Source of the DNA: an uncultured Gammaproteobacteria bacterium
GTDB taxonomy: Bacteria > Patescibacteriota > Microgenomatia > Levybacterales > UBA12049
Direction of reading: 5' to 3'
NCBI GenBank assembly: GCA_964474445.1
Contig: CAYYSJ010000005.1
Location: 17,835 to 81,834 of the forward strand
Length of the DNA stretch: 64,000 nucleotides
How positions within the stretch are numbered: position 1 is the first letter of the stretch; each line of letters starts with the position of its first letter. Shown in pieces: positions 1 through 12,141 of this stretch. The notes beneath the pieces are model-generated. The model had not been told where the DNA came from. It made no database searches and worked only from the letters and a program-made list of their open reading frames with translations. The position numbers and the translations under genes are program-made.

Positions 1-58
1 GTTGAGATAGAAGACTTAGTTAAAATTGCGACAATAAACGGCAGAAGGACACTAGGAA

Positions 59-868
59 TCAGTTAATCTCTAAAATATTCGTCAGGCAATGTGCACCTCC
101 TCCTGACTTCATAAATTCACTCAAATCAACCTCTTCTGTTTTATATCCTAAGTCATGAAGTTGTTCTACAAATGTTGGGTTACCTTTTTGGACAATCACA
201 TGATGGTCTGTCACAACACTATTGGATGAAAAACCAAATGCTTCCTCTTTGGTCAATTCTAGTAAATTGGGAATTCTTTTTTTTAGTTCCTGGATAGTTC
301 CAGGAGAATATGCAGGTGGATAATAAAATACGGTCTCATTGTTGAGTGGAAAAAAACCTACATCCAGATGATAAAAAGCAGGATCCATAATTTTTAAGTA
401 CACCACTTCCTTATCATATTTTTTCTGAAGAAATTTGGGGATTTCAGGATCTGAACGATATCCTGTTCCAACAAAAATGGTGTCATTCCAAAAATAGGTC
501 TCACCATTTCCTTCAAGATAATGATGTTTTGGCAATTCTACTATGTCATATCCTTTGTCCCTAAACCATTTTTTATAGTGCTCCCTTTCTCCTTGTCGTT
601 GTACCGGTCTAAAATTACTCAGCAGTACTTCCCTTTCCTTCACAATTCCTTGATCAGTTGCAAAGACCATATCATGCAATCCTTTTACTTGTGGAATGAC
701 ATCAACTGAAATGCCAAGTCTCTCGTAAATTTGTTTTAAACTATTCCATTGTTCTTTCGCTTTTTTTCTATCAACACTTCCAGGTTTCATCCAAGGGTTA
801 TAGATAAACTCAACAGTAAAGTGTAGGGGATCACACATCAGGACGCGGGTAATATTGGAGTGTTTCAT
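59..868 (-). CDS. Amidinotransferase / arginine deiminase-superfamily guanidino hydrolase
   Basis: Motifs NPWM, DMVFATD, LEGNGE, FYHLD and C-terminal GGGAHCLT catalytic Cys; resembles DDAH and the N-terminal domain of ArgZ/AgrE. Confidence 0.85.
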   Translation of the reverse strand: MKHSNITRVLMCDPLHFTVEFIYNPWMKPGSVDRKKAKEQWNSLKQIYERLGISVDVIPQVKGLHDMVFATDQGIVKEREVLLSNFRPVQRQGEREHYKKWFRDKGYDIVELPKHHYLEGNGETYFWNDTIFVGTGYRSDPEIPKFLQKKYDKEVVYLKIMDPAFYHLDVGFFPLNNETVFYYPPAYSPGTIQELKKRIPNLLELTKEEAFGFSSNSVVTDHHVIVQKGNPTFVEQLHDLGYKTEEVDLSEFMKSGGGAHCLTNILEIN

Positions 869-874
869 AGGAAA

Positions 875-2491
875 CTATTTTGATGCTGATAATTTTTCTA
901 TAAATTCATGTGCAACTGTTGGTGATGTGATAAGTGGTGCGTTATACCGGACCGCCATTTGTCTTGTGAATTGCCCATCTGTTTTTTCCTTGTTTGTTGT
1001 TATTTTCCCCGTTGGGATATTAATAATGACGTCAAACCGATTTGCTTCTAATAAGTCCTTGAGATTTGGTTTGAGATGAGGTTGCGACACTTTGTTCACT
1101 GCAACTGATTCGATGTGATGTGCTTTCAAGAATTTATGGGTTTTATACGTAGCATAGAGTCGGTATTTAAGGTCTGATAAGCGTTTAATATCTGGAAGCA
1201 TTTTTATTTTATTCTCTCTTTTTCCAATACTGACTAATGCCGTTCTTTCTGCTCGTTGTGCTAGTCTCATTTGCAGTGTATAGAGCTCAATAAACCCAGC
1301 TGAAGCATTTTGATTGAACGCAGTGCTTGCCATAAAGGTTGCAAGTTTTTCTTCAAAAATCGTATTAGGAGTTTCAAGAGCTATCATATGAACGTTTCCT
1401 TTATATAACTTAAGAGTAACTTTTCCTGTCACCTTCTTATTCACATTATCAACATATGCATTCAAATCGTCCATGAGAGGCTCGTACCATAATCCTCCGT
1501 AACATAAGTATGCCCATTTTGTATCAATCAGAGATTTGAATTCATTTTCTGCCCGTGTTGAAACATATGCTTCCAGTTGCTTGTGGGCAGTAACAATAAC
1601 TTCCGCAGCAGGGGCTTCAAAAATATCACGAATTTTTAGTCCAACTACCCTATCTTCAATATGAATATTAGTGCCAACACCATGCTTTGATCCTATGGTG
1701 TTTAATTTCATAATAAGATCTGCAAGTTTCATTTGTTGTCCATTGAGAGCAACAGGAAGACCTTTCACAAATTCAAGATCAACAATTTCTGATGTGTCTG
1801 GAGCTTCCTCTGGAAGTTTGTTGATTTGAAGAATTTTCTCAAGTGGAGCAACGAGTGCAGGATTTTCTATTTCTCCCCCTTCTCCTGAGATTCCCCACAT
1901 ATTGTCATCGTATGAATATGGCTTATCTTTTGTTTGGCTTACTGGAATACCGTGTTTTTTTGCGTAGTCTATTTCTTCATCTCTTCCCATATTCCACTCT
2001 CGTACTGGTGCAATAATTTTCATGTCAGGATTGAGAGCAAGAATCGTTCCCTCAATTCTCACCTGGTCATTCCCTTTGCCCGTGCATCCATGTGCAATAC
2101 AGTCTGCCCCTTCTTGCTCTGCAATTTTGACTGCCCATTTTGCGAGCAGTGGTCTTCCAAGAGGTGTTGCAAGACGATATTCTTGTTGATAAGAGGCATT
2201 TGCTTTGATTCCTTTTGCAATATACTCTTGTGCAAATTCATCTTTTGCATCGATAACAAATGCTTTCACAGCACCAAGTTTGAGTGCTTTTTTCTTGATG
2301 ACATCTAAATCATCTGCAATTTGACCAATATCAATAGTTAGTGCAATAACTTCTGCTTTGTATTCTTCATGAATCCATTTGAGCATGACTGATGTGTCCA
2401 GACCACCGGAATAGAGGAGAACAACTTTATTGACCTCACCTTTTCGGCCTTCGTAGGAGGAAACTTTTACGTATTCTGTTTTTTTCTTCAT
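875..2491 (-). CDS. argG: Argininosuccinate synthase with C-terminal MGS-like domain
   Basis: LYSGGLDTS, HGCTGKGNDQVR, YSYDDNMWG; the last ~120 aa (ALVSIG..LYATYKT..DVIINIP..DGQFTRQMAV..PLITS) match the CarB-type MGS domain. Confidence 0.95.
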   Translation of the reverse strand: MKKKTEYVKVSSYEGRKGEVNKVVLLYSGGLDTSVMLKWIHEEYKAEVIALTIDIGQIADDLDVIKKKALKLGAVKAFVIDAKDEFAQEYIAKGIKANASYQQEYRLATPLGRPLLAKWAVKIAEQEGADCIAHGCTGKGNDQVRIEGTILALNPDMKIIAPVREWNMGRDEEIDYAKKHGIPVSQTKDKPYSYDDNMWGISGEGGEIENPALVAPLEKILQINKLPEEAPDTSEIVDLEFVKGLPVALNGQQMKLADLIMKLNTIGSKHGVGTNIHIEDRVVGLKIRDIFEAPAAEVIVTAHKQLEAYVSTRAENEFKSLIDTKWAYLCYGGLWYEPLMDDLNAYVDNVNKKVTGKVTLKLYKGNVHMIALETPNTIFEEKLATFMASTAFNQNASAGFIELYTLQMRLAQRAERTALVSIGKRENKIKMLPDIKRLSDLKYRLYATYKTHKFLKAHHIESVAVNKVSQPHLKPNLKDLLEANRFDVIINIPTGKITTNKEKTDGQFTRQMAVRYNAPLITSPTVAHEFIEKLSASK

Positions 2492-2677
2492 AGAGAGAGA
2501 AAAATGAAGGAGATTTCTTGGAAAATGTGATATTTTTTATATTTTTTTACGTTTTTCCAAAAAAAGTAACCCTTACTACAGTAGAGAAAATGGCAAAGCT
2601 TTGTCAATAGGCAAATTGAAGAATTCTAAATAAATATGTATTTTCTTTTAAAAATGAACGTTTTATTGTTAAATTTA

Positions 2678-3535
2678 TTAATTTTTTAGAGATTTTTCAG
2701 TAGCAACGACTAAATTCTCCATGAGACACGCAACATTCACTGGTCCTACTCCTCCCGGGATTGGCGTATACCATCCTGCTTTGTCCTTTATATCTTCTTC
2801 ATCGTAATCTCCCACAAATGTTCCCTCTTCTGTCCTACTCAGACCAATCCCAACAAGAATTGCATCCTTTTTTATCATGTCAGAGGTAAGGACATGTGGC
2901 TTGCCAACAGCGGTGATAATGATATCTGCTTGTTGTGTGATTTCTGATGGGTGAGGAGTTTTTGAGTCAATAACAGTCACATCTTCTCCACGTTTTTTTA
3001 GGAGCTCTATAACAGGTAGTCCTCCAGTTTTTCCTTTCCCCATGACAACAATCTTTTTTGATGCAAGCCATTCATTGAAAGACTCTCCTGTTTTCTCTGT
3101 CTCTTTTATCATAGGGATTTCCAAAACTTTCATGACTGCATTTGCAATAGGGATAATAAATTGGGAATTCGGAACAAATCCGTCAACATCTTTGTTTGGA
3201 TGAATTTCTTTAATCAGTGCTTCATAGTCAATATGGGAAGGTACAGGGAGTTGAAGGATAAGACCGTGAACATCTGTTTTGTCTTGTAAAAATGCGATGC
3301 ACTCTTTAAGTGTTTGCTGGTTAACAGAGTCTGGAAAATTGTAAACAGAAACAACTGCGCCAATTTGTTTGGCCATTTTTTCTTTTTGTGCAATATATGA
3401 AGAAATTGCTGGATCCTCTCCTACTCGAATAACTGCCATGTGAGGTTGAACCTGAAAATCTTGATCAAGCTCATCAACACGATGTAAAAGGTCTGCAAGA
3501 ATATAATTTGAGATTGTCTTGCCGTCAATAATCAT
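2678..3535 (-). CDS. folD: Methylenetetrahydrofolate dehydrogenase/cyclohydrolase
   Basis: MIIDGK, LQLPVP, KDVDG, ADIIITAVGK, TPIPGGVGP. Confidence 0.95.
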   Translation of the reverse strand: MIIDGKTISNYILADLLHRVDELDQDFQVQPHMAVIRVGEDPAISSYIAQKEKMAKQIGAVVSVYNFPDSVNQQTLKECIAFLQDKTDVHGLILQLPVPSHIDYEALIKEIHPNKDVDGFVPNSQFIIPIANAVMKVLEIPMIKETEKTGESFNEWLASKKIVVMGKGKTGGLPVIELLKKRGEDVTVIDSKTPHPSEITQQADIIITAVGKPHVLTSDMIKKDAILVGIGLSRTEEGTFVGDYDEEDIKDKAGWYTPIPGGVGPVNVACLMENLVVATEKSLKN

Positions 3536-3568
3536 AGAGGTATTATACCAGATTGAACTCAGAAGTCG

Positions 3569-3967
3569 TTACTGCTTTTTGCGATTTCTCTGTTTTCTTC
3601 TTTCGTTAGTTATTCGTTGAGAGAGAATGTTATAACGACGTGCAGTATCAGGAGAAGATAAAACATAACTTCTGCTTCTGGGAGAAAATTCTAAACCATC
3701 AGGATAGGTATCCCCAAATTGTGAAGCAGTAAAGTCCTCTCTTTCTCCATCTGGAAGCTCATTAATATAGTGAGACCGCATGTGAGCAAAAGCTGATCCT
3801 TCCAGTGACGCTCGAAGGAGTCTTCCGCCTAGCCTTTTTTGAGCGGCTGCAGCAACAACAGCACATTGCCCATACATTGGATTTTCAGAAGTCCAATTGT
3901 TAGGATCTGAGGATGTATCTTGTTGACATGCTTGTGTTAGCGTTGTGGTAAACTCTTCTTTTCTCAT
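3569..3967 (-). CDS. YunG-like protein
   Basis: W..ENP.YGQCAV, HY.N, DFTASQF pattern. Confidence 0.6.
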   Translation of the reverse strand: MRKEEFTTTLTQACQQDTSSDPNNWTSENPMYGQCAVVAAAAQKRLGGRLLRASLEGSAFAHMRSHYINELPDGEREDFTASQFGDTYPDGLEFSPRSRSYVLSSPDTARRYNILSQRITNERRKQRNRKKQ

Positions 3968-3969
3968 TC

Positions 3970-4209
3970 TTATGAAGCTCTTCGCATTCTGCTTTTTGCT
4001 GCCTCCCTTGCAATTTCATAATGGACTCCTAATAGGAGTGGATTCATTGCCGCAATACCATTTGATTCTGCTTCTCTCATGAATTTTCTTGACTTGTGTA
4101 AAAAGAGACCTTTATTTGGCCTCAGCTCATCCTCATATGCTGCTCGTCTTGCTTTTGCAAGAAATGCTTCTTGTTCTGGAGTAAGTTGATACTCTTGTTC
4201 TCTTAGCAT
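3970..4209 (-). CDS. Hypothetical protein
   Basis: 79-aa ORF tightly packed in a co-directional cluster. Confidence 0.55.
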   Translation of the reverse strand: MLREQEYQLTPEQEAFLAKARRAAYEDELRPNKGLFLHKSRKFMREAESNGIAAMNPLLLGVHYEIAREAAKSRMRRAS

Positions 4210-4214
4210 AGTAA

Positions 4215-4553
4215 TTATCCCAAATCTTCCAATGGCATTTTTGCAAGAAGCCTTCTTTTTTGTTTGGTTCCTTCTATATCTCTTATCGCTTCTACATCTG
4301 ATGTTGTTTCCACCTCACGATAATCAAATGCCCTCTCAAGACGGTCTCTTTCTGCTATGGCGCTTTGTCTTCTCTGCTCAACCTCTTCCCTTTTTACATC
4401 ACTAAGAGGTGAAGAAAGTTGCAGACGAGTTCGTCGAAGTTCTTCTGTTACAGAACGAAATTCTTTTTGCAGTCTCATAAGTCGTCCTCTTTCTTGAAAA
4501 TCAATAAGATTCATAGCTAGGTAGCCTTTACGTACCCTTTCTTTCGTAGCCAC
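4215..4553 (-). CDS. Hypothetical coiled-coil protein
   Basis: Charged helical ORF overlapping its neighbour. Confidence 0.55.
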   Translation of the reverse strand: MATKERVRKGYLAMNLIDFQERGRLMRLQKEFRSVTEELRRTRLQLSSPLSDVKREEVEQRRQSAIAERDRLERAFDYREVETTSDVEAIRDIEGTKQKRRLLAKMPLEDLG

Positions 4554-4948
4554 AGTTGTGTTCGTTTATATTGTTCATCATCATGTTCTCTTCGTTCTTG
4601 TCCATCAGGTCCTGTAGCTGTTCTCGTTGTTAGTTTATCTAAAACTTCTCCTTTTGCCTTTCGTATTGCATTCAATTCTTTTGCCACGTGCTCTAATGTA
4701 ACCGGAGTTTCTCTGGTGCCTTGAAATGCAGAGACTCGTCTTTTGAGTTCTGCTCCATCTAAAACGTGATGACCATTCGCAGTTGAAATGCGTCGTTGTT
4801 GCTCAAGATCGTCATACTCTTTCCTCAGTGCTTGTTCACGTCTTCGTTGGTCAAGATCAATAGGCTGAGTATTGGCAGTACTTTCGTTATGAGAAGGAGT
4901 GCTTTGTGGATGTTCGATTTTTTTTTGTTCAAAGTCAATAATTGTCAT
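4517..4948 (-). CDS. Hypothetical protein
   Basis: 143-aa ORF starting 3 nt after the HNH gene stop. Confidence 0.55.
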   Translation of the reverse strand: MTIIDFEQKKIEHPQSTPSHNESTANTQPIDLDQRRREQALRKEYDDLEQQRRISTANGHHVLDGAELKRRVSAFQGTRETPVTLEHVAKELNAIRKAKGEVLDKLTTRTATGPDGQERREHDDEQYKRTQLWLRKKGYVKAT

Positions 4949-4951
4949 AGG

Positions 4952-5509
4952 TTAGCTTGCTCTTCTTCTTGGACCTTTTTTGGGCCCTTCGGTTGGGCCA
5001 TCAAATGGTTTCCAGTCAAAAGTTCCTCTTCGTACCGCTTGTATTGTATTTGCTACAGCAATTGCTGCCATTTCGTGATCCCATGCGTCATTGTGATATG
5101 GCTCTCCCCTTTTCATGAGTCTTTCCCTTTCTGCTTTCATCTTGATAAATGCTTCTGGGTCAGTGCGATATGCTCTTCTTGCTCGTGCGGTATCTGGATG
5201 AATAATCTCATCAACAGGATTTAAATTTCCTCCAATATGAATATCTTCACAAACAGAGATTACGTTATACGGATGATCTGCTGCTTTTGCAGAGAGACCT
5301 TTTACTTGGACTTCAACACCAAAAGGGCTCACATGATGTACGTGCAATGTTTTATCTTTGCCATTGCATACATGCACTCCTGGAAATTGACACTCATATC
5401 CATCTCTTCTTCTAATTTCCTCTTTTGCTGCGTCCGTTAATGTGCGTTTTTCTATTGGATATAATGTATATTTTTCGCCTTGGTCTTTTCTTACATCTGG
5501 TTTTCCCAT
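4952..5509 (-). CDS. HNH endonuclease-family protein
   Basis: IRRRDGYECQFPG..C..LHVHHV..N.ISVC...H signature. Confidence 0.8.
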   Translation of the reverse strand: MGKPDVRKDQGEKYTLYPIEKRTLTDAAKEEIRRRDGYECQFPGVHVCNGKDKTLHVHHVSPFGVEVQVKGLSAKAADHPYNVISVCEDIHIGGNLNPVDEIIHPDTARARRAYRTDPEAFIKMKAERERLMKRGEPYHNDAWDHEMAAIAVANTIQAVRRGTFDWKPFDGPTEGPKKGPRRRAS

Positions 5510-6294
5510 CGTCTTCTCCTTCCTATATCTTCTTTTCCAAATACTTTTCCCGTGGCAGCTTCTACCTCATTGCTGTATCCTTTTTTTGCCATTGGACCAA
5601 GAATGTCGTTATACATAAAAAAAAGCAGCTCTTGTTGAGCTGCTGGATTAGAGGCAAGAAGGCCGAAAAGGCTTTCCCCTGGCTCAAGCAACCAGGTGAA
5701 CGCATTAGTGAGATGTTCTCTTAATGCTGTGTCAAATTCTTGAGGAGAAAGATTTGCATAATGGGGCAAGGTCTTTAGGGTTTTTACAATAAATCCTCTG
5801 TCAAAAATGGTGAGTGGTTGGGCTTTATCAAGAACACGGGTCATAAAGCCTTCTTTATCCATGCGTCCTTCACGATGTTCAAATCTGTCATCTAAGTCTT
5901 CTACATAGACTCTGTCCTGTTGGGAAAAAAGTGGAAAAACATCACTTTCCTTGTATTCCTGTTCATATGCATCATATTGAGCGCGAAGTTGGTCATAGTC
6001 TTGGCGGCCTCTTGATAAATCTCCATGAAGGTTTGCTTCTCCACTATCATGCAGGTCTGCCATAATATCTACTTCGTTCAAGTTAATTGCTTTCGAAAGG
6101 TGAGGATACTTTTGCCTTATGGAGCCAGAAAGTCTTTTCATGCCATTGACGTGATCAAGGACTGTTTCTTGTCTTCCTTGGTTATCTGTTATACCGTTGT
6201 AGCGAATAATTTGAGGAAGAATAGTACTCCTCACACGAGCAAGTGAGGCTTTAAGAGTAGGACTAGAGGCTAATGCTTCGGCTCTCTGAACCAT
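5491..6294 (-). CDS. HD-domain phosphohydrolase (YfbR/HD_3-like)
   Basis: R-Y..ETVLDH, LHDSGEA..GD, later LDK. Confidence 0.75.
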   Translation of the reverse strand: MVQRAEALASSPTLKASLARVRSTILPQIIRYNGITDNQGRQETVLDHVNGMKRLSGSIRQKYPHLSKAINLNEVDIMADLHDSGEANLHGDLSRGRQDYDQLRAQYDAYEQEYKESDVFPLFSQQDRVYVEDLDDRFEHREGRMDKEGFMTRVLDKAQPLTIFDRGFIVKTLKTLPHYANLSPQEFDTALREHLTNAFTWLLEPGESLFGLLASNPAAQQELLFFMYNDILGPMAKKGYSNEVEAATGKVFGKEDIGRRRRWENQM

Positions 6295-6446
6295 ATAATA
6301 GTGTGCTATAATACGCTTTGATCTTCAAAAATTCAGAGAGAATGGTTGATCGTATCTTGAAAACACTAGACATAAACATTTACTCGAGTAAGCATTTGCA
6401 TGTACTCATGTTAATATTAACTCAAGTCTAATGGTAATTGTAATTA

Positions 6447-6863
6447 GTGTCAATGGATCATACTATGTCAAATTCAGCTAAAAAAATTGGTGGATATACA
6501 AAATACCAGCGAGAGAAAAAGGGGTATTCTCTCAATGAGTTTGCCCGTCTTTGTAATTTTACCTCATCGTTCTTGCTTAAGCTTGAACGAGGAGATTACC
6601 ATAATGTGAAATTTGATGTTATTGAGAAGATATCGAATGCGCTGGATATGTCTATTGAGGATTTTCTTATTAAGTGTCAAATTACTTCTGGCAAAAAAAA
6701 ACTAGACAGTCTTGATTATTACTTTAAAGAATCATACCAATTTCCGGAAGAAGCTATTAGTGATTTAAAGCTTTTTATTCAATTGCTTCAGAAAAAATAC
6801 AAAACGCAAATTAAAGAGTTAAAAGAAGCGCACAAAAAATATTGGGAAGAGAAAACAAAGTAG
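6447..6863 (+). CDS. XRE-family HTH transcriptional regulator
   Basis: REKKGYSLNEFARLC..SS.L.KLERG..IEKISNALD; real start may be 6453 or 6465. Confidence 0.85.
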   Translation: MSMDHTMSNSAKKIGGYTKYQREKKGYSLNEFARLCNFTSSFLLKLERGDYHNVKFDVIEKISNALDMSIEDFLIKCQITSGKKKLDSLDYYFKESYQFPEEAISDLKLFIQLLQKKYKTQIKELKEAHKKYWEEKTK

Positions 6864-6897
6864 TTTTTGGAGTTTCCCTCACAGCTTTTGAGAGTTA

Positions 6898-9453
6898 CTA
6901 CACTTTTTCTTCAACACACGTTGCAGAGGCAATCTTATCAGCATCTTTGGAGAATCGCATGAGAATGACTCCTTGTGTTGCTCGTGAAAGTCGTGGAATT
7001 GAAACAGCGTCAAGTTGCACAACTTGACCTTTCTTTGAAGTCATAATCACTGTTTTGCAACTTGCTGGCATAATTTGTGAGACAACAACTTTTCCAGTCT
7101 TTTCTGTCACATTTGCTACTTTCACTCCCATGCCTCCTCTACTCTGTCCTCGGAATTCTGATGCTAAGGTTTTCTTTCCAAGACCATTTTCCATAATAGT
7201 GATAAGCACTGCTTCTTTATCATCTTTATTGATAATATCCATACTAATCACTTCGTCACTTGCTGGAATTTTAATACCTCTCACACCTTGTGTTGCACGG
7301 CCCATTGGTCTCACATCTTCCTCTGAAAAGCGGATTGCTTTTCCTTCTTTAGTGACAAGAAGAATAACATCCTCTCCAGTTGTTAAGTTACTCCAGACTA
7401 ATTCATCTTTTGTCTCAAGTTTTATTGCAACAATACCAGAGCGTCTGATATTTGTGAATTCTGAGACTGCAGATTTTTTAACAGTTCCATTTCGAGTTGT
7501 AAGGAAGACGTATTTCCCTTCAATTTTTCCTGAGTAGCTGATAAATGATTCAACTCGTTCCCCTGCTTCAATATTCAGAAGATTAACAATAGCTGTGCCT
7601 TTACTTGTTCTGCTACTTTCTGCAATTTCATATGCTTTCAATTGATAGACTTTTCCTTTATTGGTGAAGAACAAAATATTGTCATGTGTTTGGGCATAGC
7701 GAATTGCCATAATTTCATCTTCATCTTTCGTAGTCATGCCTTTCACTCCTTTGCCCCCTCTATTTTGCGTTGAGAATGAGGAGGTTGATTGTCTTTTAAT
7801 ATATCCTGTTGAGGTGATGGTGATAACCGTTGGTTCATTTGGAATAAGATCCTCTTCTGAGAATTCATCGACTTTTCCTTTGTATACTCTGGTTCGTCTT
7901 GCATCACCATATTTTTCTTTGAGTTGCTTCAATTCTTCTCCAATCACTTTCAAAATCTTTTCAGAATGTGCAAGTAAATCTTCCAAATATGCGATGGTTT
8001 CCTTGATCATTAACAACTCATCTTCAATCTTTTGTCGCTCCAGTGCTGCAAGTCTTCGAAGCTGCATGTCCAAAATAGCTGTTGATTGAATTTCTGAAAG
8101 CTTGAATTTCTCCATCAAGTTCTTCTTTGCTTCTTCTTGGTCTTTTGAGGCACGAATTGTTGCAATAACAGCATCAATATGGTCAACAGCAATCTTTAAT
8201 CCTTCCAAAATATGCAGTCGTGCTTGTGCCTGTCTCAATTCGAACTCTGAACGTCTAGTGACAACAATGAATCGGTGTCTTAGGTATTCTTCAAGAATTG
8301 CTTTGAGGGTAAGTGTCTGTGGTGTTCCATCAACAAGTGCAACAACATTTCCAGGGAATGATGTTTGCAAGGATGTATTTTTGAAAAGATTGTTTAATAC
8401 TTTCTTTGGTGCAGCATCCCTTTTTAATTCAACAACAACTCGAAGACCATGTCTATCTGATTCATCCCTCAGATCGGTAATACCTTCAATCTTTTTCTCT
8501 TTTGCTAAATCAGCAATGCGGCTGACTAAGAGTGCTTTGTTTACTTGGTATGGAAGCTCGGTAATAATAATTGCTGATTTTCCTTGTCCAATATCTTCAA
8601 TTTCTGCTTTTCCTCGAATAACAATCTTGCCTTTTCCTGTTGTGTAAAGATTTCGAATTTCTTGAATATCATAAATTGCACCAGCTGTTGGAAAATCAGG
8701 GCCTTTGACGTACTCTAACAACTCATCAACAGTAATGTCAGTTTGGACGTTGACGCGTAACTTACTTTCCTGTGTCAGAGCTTCTGCAGGGAGGACTGCT
8801 CCTTCTCCACTACTCTCTTTACCCGCAAGTGGGACTGGAGTATCTTTGGCAATTTTTGTTTTGGCAATCATTGCCTCAAGTGCATCAATTACTTCAGTTA
8901 AATTGTGTGGAGGGATTTTTGTTGCCATACCAACAGCAATTCCCTCTGCTCCCATCAGCAACAGATTTGGTAATTTTGCAGGAAGATAGAGTGGCTCTTG
9001 CAGTGTGTTATCAAAATTTCCTTTTGTTTCAACAGTTTCTTTCTCAAGGTCATACAGCATTTCAGCAGTAATTGCTGCCATTCGAGCTTCTGTGTAACGC
9101 ATTGCCGCTGGTGGATCGCCATCAAGTGAACCGAAATTTCCTTGGCCATCTACTAGAGGATATCTCATTGAGAAATTTTGAGCTAAACGAACCAAAGCAT
9201 CATAAATTGGCATGTCTCCATGTGGGTGGTATTTACCCATCACTTCTCCAACAATTTTTGCAGATTTTGAATACTTTGCAGAATGGTACAGACTCATTTC
9301 ATGCATTGCGTACAAAATTCTTCTGTGGACTGGCTTTAGACCGTCTCGTACATCAGGAAGTGCACGATCGACAATAACAGACATTGCGTAATCTAAATAC
9401 GCACGTCGCATCTCTTGTGTCAGCTCTGTTTTTTGTAATTTACCAATTTCCAT
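6898..9453 (-). CDS. gyrA: DNA gyrase subunit A
   Basis: [22 protein letters not shown], GyrA-box QNRGGKG, C-terminal pinwheel repeats. Confidence 0.98.
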   Translation of the reverse strand: MEIGKLQKTELTQEMRRAYLDYAMSVIVDRALPDVRDGLKPVHRRILYAMHEMSLYHSAKYSKSAKIVGEVMGKYHPHGDMPIYDALVRLAQNFSMRYPLVDGQGNFGSLDGDPPAAMRYTEARMAAITAEMLYDLEKETVETKGNFDNTLQEPLYLPAKLPNLLLMGAEGIAVGMATKIPPHNLTEVIDALEAMIAKTKIAKDTPVPLAGKESSGEGAVLPAEALTQESKLRVNVQTDITVDELLEYVKGPDFPTAGAIYDIQEIRNLYTTGKGKIVIRGKAEIEDIGQGKSAIIITELPYQVNKALLVSRIADLAKEKKIEGITDLRDESDRHGLRVVVELKRDAAPKKVLNNLFKNTSLQTSFPGNVVALVDGTPQTLTLKAILEEYLRHRFIVVTRRSEFELRQAQARLHILEGLKIAVDHIDAVIATIRASKDQEEAKKNLMEKFKLSEIQSTAILDMQLRRLAALERQKIEDELLMIKETIAYLEDLLAHSEKILKVIGEELKQLKEKYGDARRTRVYKGKVDEFSEEDLIPNEPTVITITSTGYIKRQSTSSFSTQNRGGKGVKGMTTKDEDEIMAIRYAQTHDNILFFTNKGKVYQLKAYEIAESSRTSKGTAIVNLLNIEAGERVESFISYSGKIEGKYVFLTTRNGTVKKSAVSEFTNIRRSGIVAIKLETKDELVWSNLTTGEDVILLVTKEGKAIRFSEEDVRPMGRATQGVRGIKIPASDEVISMDIINKDDKEAVLITIMENGLGKKTLASEFRGQSRGGMGVKVANVTEKTGKVVVSQIMPASCKTVIMTSKKGQVVQLDAVSIPRLSRATQGVILMRFSKDADKIASATCVEEKV

Positions 9454-9459
9454 AATGGA

Positions 9460-10002
9460 TTATTTGGAGAAGCCCTCTTCGTTGTATCGGGCGATACATT
9501 CGTGGACAATCTTTTTTGCTTCCTCTACATCTCCCCATCCCAGCACTTTAGTTGTGCCCGGCTTTTTGAGATCTTTGTAGTGGGCAAAATGGAATTCAAT
9601 TTTTTGTTTCCATCTTTTTGGCAGATCATCAAGCGAATTGATTGCATCTCCTGTATTTCGATCATCATCTGGAACACACACAATTTTGTAATCCATTTCT
9701 CCATCATCTTCAAAATTGAAAATGCCGATGATTTTTCCTTTTACAAATACTCCTGTTGGGATTGGTTCATGGCAGATCATTAACACATCTAATTCATCAC
9801 CATCTGTGTCTTTGGTTGCTGGAATGAAGCCGTAGTTTACTGGTTTTGGAAACACATCTGGTTCAACGCGGTCCAACATGAAGATGCCATGTTCACGGTC
9901 GTATTCGATTTTGAGTGAGGATCCTTGAGGAATATCAATAATAGTATTGACCATTCCATTATCAACATCACCTGGTGTAAGAATCTTATTAAAGTCTGGC
10001 AT
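9460..10002 (-). CDS. ppa: Inorganic pyrophosphatase (family I)
   Basis: NYGFIP, DGDELDV, D.GE.DYK. Confidence 0.95.
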   Translation of the reverse strand: MPDFNKILTPGDVDNGMVNTIIDIPQGSSLKIEYDREHGIFMLDRVEPDVFPKPVNYGFIPATKDTDGDELDVLMICHEPIPTGVFVKGKIIGIFNFEDDGEMDYKIVCVPDDDRNTGDAINSLDDLPKRWKQKIEFHFAHYKDLKKPGTTKVLGWGDVEEAKKIVHECIARYNEEGFSK

Positions 10003-10096
10003 ACAATTATTATAACACAGTGTTCGTATGAAGAATATAGTATCTGTATCAAGAGTATATGCTTAATACATACTCTACAATTCTTCTATACTATAA

Positions 10097-12121
<2,025 letters not shown>

Positions 12122-12141
12122 TCATCATGAGTTGGACATAT

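Noticed and set aside
3569-6863. Prophage
   Set aside because: No integrase, terminase, capsid gene or att pair visible.
7055-9377. Antisense ORFs over gyrA, and similar ones over gyrB, recG and the repeat proteins
   Set aside because: Shadow ORFs of codon-biased genes with no motifs.
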